64,000 nucleotides of DNA from Camelus ferus (lineage: Eukaryota). Each line of letters opens with the position of its first letter. Position 1 is the stretch's first letter. The translations under genes were made by a program, and so were the position numbers. The notes under the pieces were generated by a model. The model ran no database searches, was not told where the DNA came from, and saw nothing but the letters and a program-made list of their open reading frames with translations. Positions 23,480-36,341 of the stretch are shown here, one piece after another. The DNA lies in assembly GCF_009834535.1 (NCBI RefSeq), contig NC_045697.1:4714001-4778000 (forward strand). The letters are read 5' to 3'.

Positions 23480-25110
23480 AGCATTTGGTTTTATAATTGC
23501 AGTCCTTTCTGACAGCCCAGAAAGCTGAACAGAGCCCTGGCAGTCTGCTTCCCAAGGAGGAGAGACCTGGCAAACACCCCAGGCTTCCAGCTGGGGGCCC
23601 GCATCCTAGGAATAAGGAATCGCCCCTTGCAAAGACCTCACTTTGAATCAGATAAATTCACAAATGGAGTGGTTGATCTGCCACTGTCTGAAATCCCTAC
23701 TAGAAGTAATTCTCTCTGGAGAAAGATTCCATCACTCAAAGTCTTAAATTATCTCCACAATTTTTAATAAGAGTGTGCAGCATTCAATAAAAATGATTAG
23801 ATGTGCAAACAGATAAGACCCGACCAAAAATAAACAGAAAAAACAGACAACAGAAACATACCCACAAGATATTGGATAATCAGCTATGATGAACACGTTT
23901 AGGAAATTGAATGATAAGATGAATTTTAGCAGATAACTGAAAATGATGAAAAAACTAAAATGGAAATTCTAGAACTGAAAACACAGTAACCAACATTAAG
24001 AATTCAGTAGATGGCTTAACAGCAGATAAGACACAGCTAAAGAGAGAGTGAACGGGAAGACAGCTCAAAATAACCATCTAGACTGAACCACAGGGAACAA
24101 AAGAATGAAAAATACAGAACAGCATGTAAGAGACAAATGACATAAGGTGAAAAGTTCTCATAAATGTGTAATTGAAGCCCAGGAAAAGTAGGAAGAGCAC
24201 GGACAGAAGGAATATTTAAAGAGATAATGGCTCAGAATTTTCGAAAACTAATAAAAGACAGCAAATCACAGATTCGAGAAGCACTGCAGATTTATTCAAA
24301 ACAAGCAAGCAATATATGCACACACAAAATAACCCACCTCCAGTTTAAGCATATCATCATTAACAGATGAAAACCAAAGAACAAAAGAAAAATTTTAAAG
24401 TAGCCAGAAACAATTGAAATCAAAAGATAAAAGATTATCTTTAAAAGTATTTAAAAGATAACAACTAGACTAGGATTCTATGCCCAATGAAAACATTCCT
24501 TAAAAATGAAGACGAGACAGATATTTTCAGATAAACAAAGCCTAAGAGAATTTGTCACTAGCAAATCTAAAACAAAGAGATCCTCCATGCAAAAGAAAAT
24601 AATGCCAGATGGAAACTTAAAGATACAGCAAAGAATCAAGAGCAACAGAAGGGGTAAATCTAAATAAATACTGATGGCATAAACCAAAAATAATATCTCA
24701 GTGAGTTGAAAATATAGAGAGATGTAAAATACCCAATAAGAAAAGCATAATCTGTGAGGGAGGAATAAATGGAATTAAGGCGTTCTTAGGTGTCTGCACT
24801 GTCCTGGAAGAAGGAATATATTAACGTACATTAGATTGTGACACATCAGGGATGCAGTTCAAAATCTCTGAACCATTAAAATCATATAAATAACAAGCCA
24901 AAAGAGAGATAAAATAGGAAATAATAAAATAACTAATCCAAAAGAAGGGAAGAGAGAAGAGAAAAAGGAATATAGAGCCGGTGGGACAAACATAAAACAA
25001 TTAGTAAAATGATAAATTAAAAATCCAAATACATTACCAAGAAGTTTTACATTAAATATAAATGGATTATGTATTACTACAATGAAAAGACACAGGTTTT
25101 GAGGCTAGAC
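23480..25110 (+). mobile_element. Old LINE-1 (L1M) remnant: ORF1, spacer and start of ORF2
   Basis: A-rich; degenerate ORF1 motifs (GAAATTCTAGAACTGAAAA; ATATTTAAAGAGATAATGGCTCAGAATTTT; AGATATTTTCAGATAAACAAAG) and an endonuclease-start-like TTAAATATAAATGGATTA at ~25052. Confidence 0.7.
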
Positions 25111-25399
25111 AAATCTTTTGATTGCTCACTATTGTCCTTAACACTGCTCACCAGTTTTTATTCACTTGTTTTCATCTTCTTCTGATGCTTTCCCTGTATT
25201 ATCCAATAATATAGCTATCCATCTGCTTCTTGATGTATACAAAAAATAGTTTCCTGGAAAAGGCTGGGCAACTAGAAAATTAGTTATATCAAAATAATTT
25301 TTCTCCTATGAAATAAGGAAAATAAGTAAGCTTGCTGAAAAATTATACCATACTAATAACTATATAAAAACATTTAAAATATATTAAATGTATTAATAA

Positions 25400-25560
25400 A
25401 TGGAGAATGATTGAAATGGGCACAAGAGGTCTTTTTTGGGGTGATGGAAATGTTCTAAATTTGGATCACGGTGATCAGTGTAGAACTCTGTAAATTTACT
25501 GAAAAGCATTGAATTGTACACTTAATGTATGTAAATTGTACCTCAAAAAATATGTCTAAA
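25400..25560 (+). mobile_element. Old L1 3' end fragment
   Basis: GGGGTGATGGAAATGTTCTAAA...GTAAATTGTACCTCAA, typical of L1MB/MC/ME 3' ends. Confidence 0.7.
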
Positions 25561-25860
25561 AAGTTTTTACAAAAGACAACTCTATGAGGTAGGTATTAGT
25601 AGTCCCATTTTATGGTTGAAGAAATTGGGGGTAAGAACTAAGTCATGTGCCCACATCAATTCTGACAGCAAGCTTTCATCCACGGCCTTCTGTTGTCACT
25701 CTATTTCACAGCTATAGTTACAATTTGGTTGGTCTCAAACCATGCTGTCAGGGAGGCAGGAAGGCAGTTACAACATCCACCTTACAGATGAGGACACTGA
25801 GGCTAGCATGGAGTCTCACACAGGACACAAAGCCCCCACCCTCCAGAAAGCCACACTCAC

Positions 25861-25970
25861 TCTTCACTGAGGCCGCCAAGGTGGCCCAAGACTCGGTGGA
25901 TGATGCTCTCATGGTCGTCCCGCAGGTGTGCCTGCAGCACAGTGGACAGTGTGTGCTCCTCCATCCACAC
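25861..25970 (-). CDS. EVC: EVC coding exon (exon 13)
   Basis: 110 nt. [36 protein letters not shown](E); donor gtgag. Confidence 0.95.
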
Positions 25971-26149
25971 CTAGACCCCAGGACAGAGGGACAGGGGTCA
26001 ACTCAATTTCATTTCATTCATCATTACTTTGTTGGATCAAAGTTTTGTTTCTTATTTTTAAAAATCCCCTTCTCCTTTGATTTAATTAAATTCTCTCTTA
26101 TACTTTCTTCTAAAGTTTTAAAAAATTTCCTATTTGCATGTACATCTTA

Positions 26150-27660
26150 AAGCCATTTAATATATATTTTCTGTGGCATGAGGAAGGGATTTAATTGTCT
26201 CTGGATAAATGGATGCTAATTGTCCCAGCACCATTTATCTTTTTTATGACTGGCCTGTCGACGCCACCTTGTCTGATAGTTTCCATATGTACATGAATCT
26301 CATTCCAGACTCTTTTATTCTGTGGGTCTGTCTGTTCATTTCCGTACCAATAACTCCCTGCTTTAATTCCTGTAGTTTATCGCAGGACTTCACCACTGCT
26401 AGGGCGAGTCTTCCCAGGTTCTCTTGTATAAAACTGTCTTGGCTGTTCTTGGTTGTTTTTCTATACATGTGAATTTTAGAATCAGTTTATCCAGTTTGGG
26501 TAAACAACTCTTGGATTTCCTTGTAATTTGATTGAATTGCTAGATTAATGTGTAGAGAATCGCTGTCTTTCCAAAACTGAGTTTTCCTATCCAAGGGTCA
26601 GGCATTTCTCTCAATTCTTTCTTTATCCCTTCAATAATGTTTTATAATTAAGCTCCATCAGGCTCTTATAAACATCAGTCAGACTTATTTTACTGGTCAC
26701 CATGTAGCTTTTATTCTGAAGAAAATCTTTATTTCACTATTGTCCTCTACTGCTTTGAAAGTTACCTTCTATTCTATTTCTATTCCTTCCATAGTTTTAC
26801 ATTTTTGACATATATTCCTGTCTCCACAAATCTAAAGTTAATCAGCACTTCTTTTACCTTAGGGTTTATGACTGTCAGCACGTCCGAAAATTCCTTATCC
26901 CTTATCCCTTTGAATATTATCTCTCCTCCACTCTCTCCATCCTTTCTTCCTAGAATTCCTGAAAGATTGAGGAGGTCCCTCCAGGACCTTCTCATTCTGT
27001 TCCTGTCCCTTCACCGCTCACATTCTCTATCTCTTTAGCTCTCCTGCTGTATTCTGGGCCACTCTCTCACACGTAGCTTCTAGTTCACACACTGCGTCTT
27101 CAGCCATATTTAATCTGCTGTTTAACTCATCCATTACATTTCTGTTTTCTCAACTATAATTTTATTTTTTTTAAGAATTAACTTACTTTTACTGAAGTAT
27201 AGTTGATCTACAGTGTTGTGTTAGTTTCACGTGTACAGCAAAGTGATTCAGTTGTACATAAACATATGTGTAGATTCTTTTTCAGATTCTTTTCCATTAT
27301 AGGTTATTATAACATAGTGAATATAGTTCCCTGTGCTGTACAGTAGGTCCTTGCTGTTCAATCTGTTTTATATATAGTAGTGTGTATTTGTAACAACTAT
27401 AATTTTCGTTTGCAAAAGCATATGGTTTTTCGTCTGCTTTTTTCAGCATGTCTCGTTTTCATGCTAATCATTCCTTCTGTTGTTTTTTAATGTTTTAAAC
27501 ATAATTCCTTTTTAAGCTCTAACAGTCTCTTCATCTGAATTCCTTGGTGCTGGTTGTGGTCTAAGCTTGGCGTGCACTGGCCATGCTGGCTCTCACCTGT
27601 GGTGTGTTGTTCCTTGTGTGTTTTGTAATTTTGGATGTTAGCTCGTCTTCAGGAGGCTTC
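26150..27660 (-). mobile_element. Old L1 fragments with a younger nested L1 3' end (27164-27393)
   Basis: T-rich L1 antisense sequence. The nested piece (GAAGTATAGTTGAT...TAGTTCCCTGTGCTGTACAGTAGG) is flanked by TSD CAACTATAATTTT at 27151-27163 and 27394-27406. Confidence 0.7.
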
Positions 27661-28859
27661 ACCTGTGAAAATGCTGTGAGGTCCAAGGCCACACAGCTAA
27701 TACATGAAAACGTGGGGCAGAGACTCAAACTTAAGTCTGTCTGTCTCTAAAGCTCCTCCCTGCCTATCTTGCACCACGAGGAGAAGCAGGCACCTGGAAA
27801 CATGTAGCTGGCTTGTGTTACACCAAGGACCCAGTCACCAAGAGGAAACTCTCACCTTCCCACATGTGTGGCTTTTCAAAGGGCTCTCCCTCCAGCAGCC
27901 TGGAGATGGCCGTGCTGCGTGCGGGTGGAAGGCAGAAGCCCAGACCTCAGCTCCCTGGGCCTGGCGATCATAGCGCTTACACTGAGTCCCACAGGATCAC
28001 ACCGTGCCACCCAGAACTTTTCATTAAACTCAGTCTCTGGCTCCTCTTGGGAGGAGTCTCAATCATCTGTCGAAGTGCTTGGGAAACCGGAACATTCTAG
28101 AAAATTCTACACAGTCTAGATTTTCTACAAGGTAAATCAACATTGTCACTAAGGGCCATGAGGGTCTTCGGTGTGCATTTTGAGAACACAGTTAAAAAAA
28201 CTAGCAACAGGATCCAAAGATGCTGAAGAGGACAGAGATCGTCAGACTGGAGGGCACCTGCCACTGTCACCACCTTCTTCAACATTAAAGAAGGCAGGTT
28301 TGTGAACGCTTAAATTCAGAGGCAAAAAGCTGCTTCAGTGGGCTAGAGTGCTGGCCCTGTTCAGTGCTACCGGGTCATTTTGTGGTTTCCAGTATGTTTA
28401 CTCTTTGTTTCAAATTTTCACTTACTAAGGAGAGGAAGGGAGAAGGAACCAGTGGTCGGTGCATGGCTGCTACACGCTAAGAGTTTCAAGCACTTTCCTA
28501 CTAACAGTGTGGATTTACAGGTGGGGCAGGCGGTACAGCCAACAGCTGAGGCAAACACTGGAGGGCTGGGGCAGGGAGGCACTGCAGATTTAAAAGCATG
28601 GTCAGAGCAGGCTTCATGGTGAAGGCGGGACAGGAGAAAGACCAGAAGCAGGAAGAGCGAGGCAGGGGCGCCCAGGGAGCTGGCAGAGCACAAGGACACG
28701 GGGGAGGCTGGCGTGGAGCGAGCTCGGGGAGACAGCGAGGAGGCCAGAGGACAACCAGGTCCTGACACGCGGGACCGTGTAGGGCACGGCGAGGACGCTG
28801 ACTTCCACTGCTGCATGAAATGAGAAGGGAGTTTCGAGCAGAGAAATGTCACAATGTGA

Positions 28860-29020
28860 CAGTGTCTTTTACCCAATCTAATGTGCCAGTGATTATGAGA
28901 TGCAGTTATTCTGGGTACCAAGTAGAGACAGAAATCACTGCCAATTAAATTAAGATGCAGCTCAATTTCAGAGACGTTAAAATGTTATTAAAATCTGCAT
29001 CTTAAAAATGAATGATACAG
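28860..29020. mobile_element. MER104-like TcMar fossil
   Basis: TAAGATGCAGCTCAATTTCAGAGACGTTAAAATG...TGCATCTTAAAA. Confidence 0.5.
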
Positions 29021-29511
29021 AATATGTTTTAGAAGTTATCACTCTGGAGCAGGGATTGGCCAAGACGGCAGAAGAGGAAGGCGCCGGGCTCACTCTTCCC
29101 ACAGGCACATCACATTACAGCTATTTACAGAGCTGTACCCACTGATGAGGAAGACCAGAAGACTAGCAGAAAGCATCAACAGCTACAGGTAAAAAGAAGG
29201 AACCACAACGAGATGGGGAACGGGGAGCATCACGGTTAGTCAAGTCCCACACCTGCAGGTGGGAGACCCATGAGCAGGAGGTTGATTACAATTCTAGAGG
29301 CTCTCCCCAAGGAGCGAGGGATCCGAGGCCCACACTGGGCTCCCCAGCCTGGCGGTCCTGCACCAGGAAGATGAGCCACCAGGTGTTTGGATCTGAAGGC
29401 CAGCAGGGTTTACTTTCAGGAGACCCAGAAGGCGGTGGGAAATAGAAACTCTGCCCTTACAGGGCGCACACAAAATCTCACACATTCCAGGACCCAGGGC
29501 AGAAGCAGGAA

Positions 29512-29658
29512 TTTTTTTTTAAGATTTTTTTTTCTGTTTTTGTTTTGGGGGGGGGACGTAATTAGGTTTACTTATTTTTGAAGTGGAGGTACTGGGGATT
29601 GAACCCAGGACCTTGTGTGTACCAAGCACGCACTCTACCACCAAGCTATACCCTCCCC
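29512..29658 (-). mobile_element. tRNA-derived SINE (vic-1-like) nested in an L1 5' UTR
   Basis: Same head and tail as the other copies; flanked by CAGAAGCAGGAATTT / CAGAAGCAATAATTT. Confidence 0.85.
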
Positions 29659-30782
29659 CAGAAGCAATAATTTGAAAAGACCCACCTGTTAATCTTGGAG
29701 AGCTTCCCAGAGAGATAGCAGGCAACTGGAGCACAGCCCAGGACACAGACACTGGCAGAAGCCATTTTGGGAGCTCATTCTACCAGGCGGACACTGGTGT
29801 GGGTTAGCCCCATTCTGGGGGCCTCCCTTCAGCCCACCAGCTCGTCAGCACCAGGGCTGGGACACTTCGGGCCAAGCAGCAGCGACACAGCCCCACCTAC
29901 CAGCAGGCCAACTGGCTGAGGACTCCCTGAGCTCCAGCTGGCCCAGGACCCGGCCACCTAAGGACTCAGGACCCTGCCTCACCCACCAGCAGACCAACAC
30001 CCACTCAGGGACCCCCGGGGCCCTGCAGCCAGAGACCCCAGGACAGGACCTGGCTCTGCCCACCAGTGGTCTTAGGTAATTTTTTGGATATGTCTCCTCA
30101 GGCAAGGAATACAAAAGCAAAAATAAACAAATGGGACTAAATCAAACTAAAAAGCTTTTGCACAGTGAAGGAAACTATCAATGAAATGAAAAGGCTGCCT
30201 ACTGAATGGGGGAAGACATTTGCAAAGGATATGTCCCATAAAGGGGTTCATATCTAAAATATACAAAGAACTAACATAAATCAACATCAGAAAAACAAAC
30301 AACCTAATTAAAAAATGGGCAGAGGATCTGAAAAGACATTTTTCCAAAGAAGAAATACAGATGACCAACAGGCACGTGAAGAGATGCTCAGCACCGCTAA
30401 TCATCAGGGGAATGCCAAATCAAACCCGCAGCGAGGTGCCACCTCGCACCTGGCAGAGTGGCCATCATCAAAGAGACAACAAATAACAAGCATTGGTGAG
30501 GATGTGGAGAAAAGGGAACCCTCATGCATTACTGGCGGGGATGTAACTTAGTGCAGAAACTGTGGAAAACACTATGGCGATTGCTCAAAATATTAAAAAT
30601 AGAACTACCTCTGCAATCCAGCAATTCCACTCCTGGGTGTTTATCCACATAAAATGAAAACACTGATTTGAAAAACTATCTGCATCCCTATGTTCACTGC
30701 AATCTTATTTACAATAGCCATGATATGGAAGTAAACTCAGTGCCCATCTATAGAAGAATCGATAAAAAAGATGTGATATATG

Positions 30783-30785
<3 letters not shown>

Positions 30786-30828
<43 letters not shown>
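30786..30828. repeat. (AC)n microsatellite, ~21 units
   Basis: Perfect dinucleotide run inside the L1 3' region. Confidence 0.95.
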
Positions 30829-30830
<2 letters not shown>

Positions 30831-32756
30831 GGAATACTACACAGCCATTAAAAAGAAATGAAATCTTGCCATTCATGACAACATGGACAGACCTAGAGGG
30901 TATTACACTAAGTGAAGAAAGAGACAGAGAAAGACAAATATGGTATGATTTCACTTATATGTGGAACCCCAAAACAAAACAAATGATCGAATGTAATGAA
31001 ACTGAAACAGTGATAGATTAAGAGAACAGGTGGCTGACAGAGGTGACAGGTGAGGGAGATTAAGAGGTACAAACTTCAGCTGCAAAATAAATGAGTCACA
31101 GGTATGAAATGTACAGTGTAGGGAATATAGTCAATAATTAATGTCTTTGTATGGTGACAGGTTGTAACTAGACTTACCATGGCAATCATTTTGAAAGGTA
31201 CAGAAATATCGAATCACTACGTTATGTAACAGGAAATAACAGTGTTGTAGGTCAATCACACTTCAAAAACAAAGAAGCAAACCAACTTATAATAAAAAGA
31301 CACCAGATTGCGGTCACCAGAGGTGAGGATGGGGGAAGGAGGAACTGGATGAAAGCAGTCAAAGGGTGCAAGCTGCCAGCTGTAAGGTAAGTAATGCTAG
31401 GGATGTAATGTGCAACACGATAAATGTAATTCGCACCACTGCATGTTATATACGAAAGCTGTTAGAAGAGTAAATCCTAAGAGTTCTCATCACAAGGAAA
31501 ACAATTTTTTTTCCTTTTCTTTAAATTTGTATCTACAAAGATGATGGATGTCACTGAACTTATTGTGGTAATCGTTTCATGACGTATGTAAGTCAAATCA
31601 TTATGCTGTATGCCTTACACAGTGCTGTGTGTAGATTATATCTCAATAAAACCGGAAGAAAAAAATTTTAGTGAAAGCATCACTCTGGCTAGGGGTTAGG
31701 AGTAGACTTCAAGGGGTCAGTGGATTCAGAGACACCAGAGGGCCAGCTGTCATAGAGATCCAGACGAGAGGTGTGGTGGCATTTACCAGGATGCTCAGAG
31801 TGGAGGTAATGGAAAGAGGTTACAGTCTGGATCAGACTGAAGGTAGAATCATGCAATTCCCTGTCAGCTGGATAGAAGCTGTGTAAGAAAGAGGAGTCAA
31901 GGATACCTGAGGTTGTCTGTCCAGCCGAATGGAAAGATGGAGAAAGACAGTGGGCAGAGCAGGAAGGTCAACAGCTCTGTTTCAGACACACTCAATTTGC
32001 CTGCCTATCAGTCATCTAGATGGAGACCACATTAGAGAGCTGAGTTCAGGAACGGATTCTGAGCTGGGGATATAAATGTGGGCATTGATGGTCCTCAGTC
32101 CAACAACCCTGGAGGAACTGAATCCTACCAAGAACCACAGAGCAGGCTTGGAAGCCACTCTTCCCTGGTCCAGCCTTTGGATGAGACCCCAGCTGCAGCC
32201 CTGACTGCAGCCTGTGAGATTCCCCTAGGAGAGAACTCAGCTGAGCTGTGCCTGGATTTCTGACCCACGGAAACTGGGACAGAAGAAGTATGTGTTGTTT
32301 GTTTTAAGCTGCTAGTTAGGCAGGTTGTTACGCAGAGAGTGTGCAACTGGGTGAGATCACCAAGAGACTGCACATAGGCAGAGAAGAGGACCACGGATTG
32401 CATCCAGGGCTCTGGTGTCTGGACATGAGGGCGATGAGAAGTAATCAGCAAAGGAAACTGAGAAGAAGCCACCACTGAGGAGGCAGGACAAGCAAGACAG
32501 TCCAGCGAGGGTTTCAAGGAGGAGGGGAGCCCAGTCTGCCCAACGCTGCTGCCGAGGGCTCAGCACAGGTGAGATGAGGCCGGGCGAGGGCGAGCTGCCT
32601 GGAGTGGGCTCCAGAGAGCGCGGGAGGAGTGTGAGGAGGGGAGCCAGGCTTCAAAACCTGCTGGACGGACTCTAGCGTTGGTGTTCTTCACCTTCATGCC
32701 ACAGACTGCATCACCTGCTGCACTCCTTGTTACAAATGCAGACTTTTGTGTGGTGG

Positions 32757-33243
32757 TGCGTGAGTTTCCTATTGTTATTGTAACACATGACCACAAACTA
32801 AGTAGCTGAAAACAATGCAAACATATTATCTTAGAGTTCCGGAGGTCAGAAGTCCAAAATGGTGCTCAAGGCGGGTAAAATCCAGGTGTCACTGGGTCTA
32901 CATTCCCCTGGAAGCTCCAGGGCAAAATCCCTCTCCTTGCCTTTCCAGCTTCGAGAGGCCACCTGCATTCCTTGGCTTGTGGCCCTTTCCTCCGTCTTCA
33001 GATCCAGCGATGGCTGGCTGAGTCTTTCTCACATCGCATCATTCTGACACCACTTCTCCTGCATCCCCTGTAATGACCCTGGGCCCACCTGCATAATCAG
33101 GACAATCTAGCCATCTCAAGACTCTTAACTTACTTCACATCTGCAAAGTCCCTTCTGCCACGTAAGGTAACATATTCACAGCTTCTGGGAATGAGGATGC
33201 GGACATCTTTGAGGGGACGCTGAGCATCCTTCTGCCTAACTCA
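32757..33243 (-). mobile_element. MaLR LTR (MLT1-like)
   Basis: GAGTTTCCTATTG...GGAGGTCAGAAGTCCAAAATGG...CACATCTGCAAAGTCCC. Confidence 0.7.
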
Positions 33244-35199
33244 GCAGACTGGGGAGAAGCCCAGAAACCTGCGTTAGAACTGATCACACTTTGAGAATCA
33301 GCATTCTACAACTTATTCTAATTGTGTGACTGATAAATTTCACAAAATTTAACAATTTTCCTGAGTAACAGGATATGAAATCATCAAGGCCTTTTGGATA
33401 GAAAATGCATGGAAAATGCAATTCATTGAGTGTGTGTTTGATTTTCCGTGAATAGTTTTGTTGGTGCTTTTCTTCTCATGACTAAATATTCCTCTGACCC
33501 ACAGAAAGTTCATCTCTCATTTGTACTATCAACGAGAAAATATGGAAAGTAAGAGAGAATATGGATCTCTAAGTACCCTGTGGTAATTTAAGGCAATTAA
33601 ACAATCAATCAGTAAATTAACTATGACACACACACTCTGAGAAACAGTCTTGGGTCATACTTATTTAATCAGTTGATGAGGCCATTACCTTTCCTGCTTG
33701 CCTCTTGCACGCAGAACTGCCCTGGAACTTCTGCACCAGCAAAGGAAAATTAACCCGCATGCATACACTCATAAAGTAAATAAATAAATAAAAAACCTAG
33801 AAGTTATGAATCGTCTGATATCTGCTTAAAATAAGACTCATAACTAGAGGGTTTCAGATGAATCAAGGGTGTTTGCCTAATAATTTATCAGAAATGAAAC
33901 CCTGGAGTTTTTCAATGTCAATGTCATTAAGCGATTAAACAGATACTGTGCAATCGGTCTTAACCTGCATTATCTCACAGCCCCCGTTGGGTATTTTAAT
34001 CTCTATTTTTCACATGAAAGCTGAGGTTCTGAGAAATTTAGCAAGTTGTGCAAAATCAAAGTTGTGGGTCAGTGAACTGGCTAAAGTCACCCAGTCCTTT
34101 AATGGAGTTGCTCTGGTTCAAACCCAGGTGATCAGTTTCCAAGGCTAGAAGCCCGTCTGCAAACCACAGCTGTCTCTAAAAGACCTCACTCCATTTGAGG
34201 AGCCAACATCAGACTCACTTGGTGAATTTTCCAAATCACCGAGGCCCAGGTTCCCCCTCTGTTCCCAGAAACTAAATTGTATGGCCTGGGGCCCCGGATT
34301 GGTATGAATCACCTTCATTACATCCCTGGGTAGAATACAGGGTCAAGGTAACACTGCAGTAATTTCCAAAGCTGCACCATTGTTGCTGGAAAGGCAGCCA
34401 AGTTTTTCTGAGCATTTGCTATAACCCAGTTACTGTGCTTTGAACGAGGAAGTGAAAATAAGAGAAGCAGGGCTGTTGTCCTCCAGAACATACAGCCAAA
34501 CGCAGGGGACCACGGGCTACCGATGACAGGGCAACACGATGCCGCCGACGGAGGACTGGAATTAACTAGAAGGAGGTCTAACAAATCAGACAGGCAGAAA
34601 CTAGGCCCTGCGCCTGCCCCGCGGCTGGGAATAGCCCAGTGTTTGCATGAGGCTTTCCTTTATTTATTGGTACTTTGGACAGCTCCCATCTGTTCTGTTC
34701 CGTGCATCCGTTGTGTATCTTTTGTAACTAACTGAACACTCAGCGTAAAGAGACAGGGTGTTTCTTATAACAAGCACCCAGGGCTGGGCAGTCCAGGGCT
34801 GGGCAGTCCAGGGCTGGGACAGTCTGCCTCTCTGCCCCCACCCCGGGCACATCAGCCTCTGTTCTGCATCCTGTTCTGCCTGTAAGTCAGGAAGGCGGGC
34901 GCACCTCCAGGCCTCCTGTACGTGCTCTAGGCAGGAAGAATGGGAATGCTGGTGAAGAGGATTTCTCCTAGCAGCACCCGGCCCTTGTAACAGGGGAGAG
35001 AAGCCCTGTGCAGGCACCACACCTTGTCTCACAGCCAGAACTGCATCACTCAAAACACCGACAGATACCAGGATACTGACCACGTCACTTCTAGAGCCTC
35101 TAGCGTGCAGGAAAGCAAGAGAGATAGGAAATGCGGGCACTTTTGTGTGTCACATTTGGAATTTTGACAAGTTTCAGGATTTTAAGAATAAAGTTGACA

Positions 35200-35643
35200 T
35201 GCATTAATTTCCTGTAATACATTGCCGCAAACTGTGACTTAACACACATTTATTATCTTACATGTAAGTTCTGGAGGTCGGACGTCTGAAGTGAAACGGA
35301 ACAGGCTGTGCTCCTTCTGGAGGATCTGGGGGGGATCCATTCCTTGCCTATTCCAGCTTCTCAAGGCTGCCTGAGGTCCTGGGCTAATGTCCGCATCACT
35401 CCAGCCTCGGCTTAGGCCATCACACCTCCTTTTCTGACTCTGACCCTCCTCCTTCCCTCTTAAAAGGACCTTTGTGATTATAGTGGGCTTACTCACATAA
35501 TCCAGAACACTCTCCACATCTCCAGATCCTTAATGTAATGGCACCTGCAAGGCCCCTCTTGCCCTGGTAGGTAACATATTCACAGGTTCTGGGGACTAGG
35601 ATGGGGGCATTATTCTTTTGGGAGCATTATTCTACCTACCGCG
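35200..35643 (-). mobile_element. MaLR LTR (MLT1-like)
   Basis: GTTCTGGAGGTCGGACGTCTGAA...GTAACATATTCACAGGTTCTGGGGACTAGGA. Confidence 0.7.
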
Positions 35644-35987
35644 TATGTACATGGTTTTAATAATGGAATAGACTTTCACTGAAAAACAGGAGTCCTGTGT
35701 GTGCAGCTCCTCCCCGAGTCCACTCCCCTGAGAAACGCCTTCTGTCGTTTATTTCTATTGTTCTCAAGCACAGACTTTGCTGCCTTTGTTGGATCAGCTG
35801 AAGGCATTATCTACTGACTTCCTATCCCACCAACCTTGGTGGGCGGTTGTGAAAAGTTGGCTACCAGAATCTTGGCAAAGCCCCTAGCACAGGCACTAGG
35901 GGATGCTCAGAGGGGAAACCTCTCATTATTCTTCCTAAGTTAAAAAAAAAATGCAGACTCAAGACCCACGTTTACAAAATGCTGCAC

Positions 35988-36200
35988 CTGCTTCTCTTGC
36001 TCCAGGAGGTCTTGGAAGAGTTTCCACTGCTGATTCCGGAAGCGATCCGACTTCCCCAGCTGCCGGGCAGCGTTCTCCTGGGCCTCCTGCCTCAGGTATT
36101 CACACTCCGCCTGGGAGAGGTTGGTCATGCGGGGGAGCGTCTGAAGGAACAGGGCGTCCACGAACTTCTGGAACGTTTCCATGGTGCTGCGGTACAGCTC
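35988..36200 (-). CDS. EVC: EVC coding exon (exon 12)
   Basis: 213 nt. [71 protein letters not shown]; donor gtgca. Confidence 0.96.
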
Positions 36201-36300
36201 CTGAAGGATGGAGTTATAAGTCATGTCCTCAACCCGGGCAGGGCCGTGGGCTTCCAGCAAGACACAGAGGAAATCCAGGAAAGGAAATTCTCAGATCACG

Positions 36301-36310
36301 CACACACGCG

Positions 36311-36341
<31 letters not shown>
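36301..36341. repeat. (CA)n microsatellite with CG interruptions
   Basis: About 100 nt into the intron from the EVC exon 12 acceptor. Confidence 0.9.

Larger units (their letters stand above)
29048..31670 (+). mobile_element. LINE-1, internally deleted (5' UTR fused to ORF2 C-terminus and 3' UTR)
   Basis: L1-like 5' start (GGCCAAGACGGCAGAAGAGGAAGG), GC-rich 5' UTR to ~30065, ORF2 3' remnant ([16 protein letters not shown] at ~30130), 3' UTR ending TCTCAATAAAACCGG; TSD ATCACTCTGG at 29038-29047 and 31679-31688. Confidence 0.85.
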
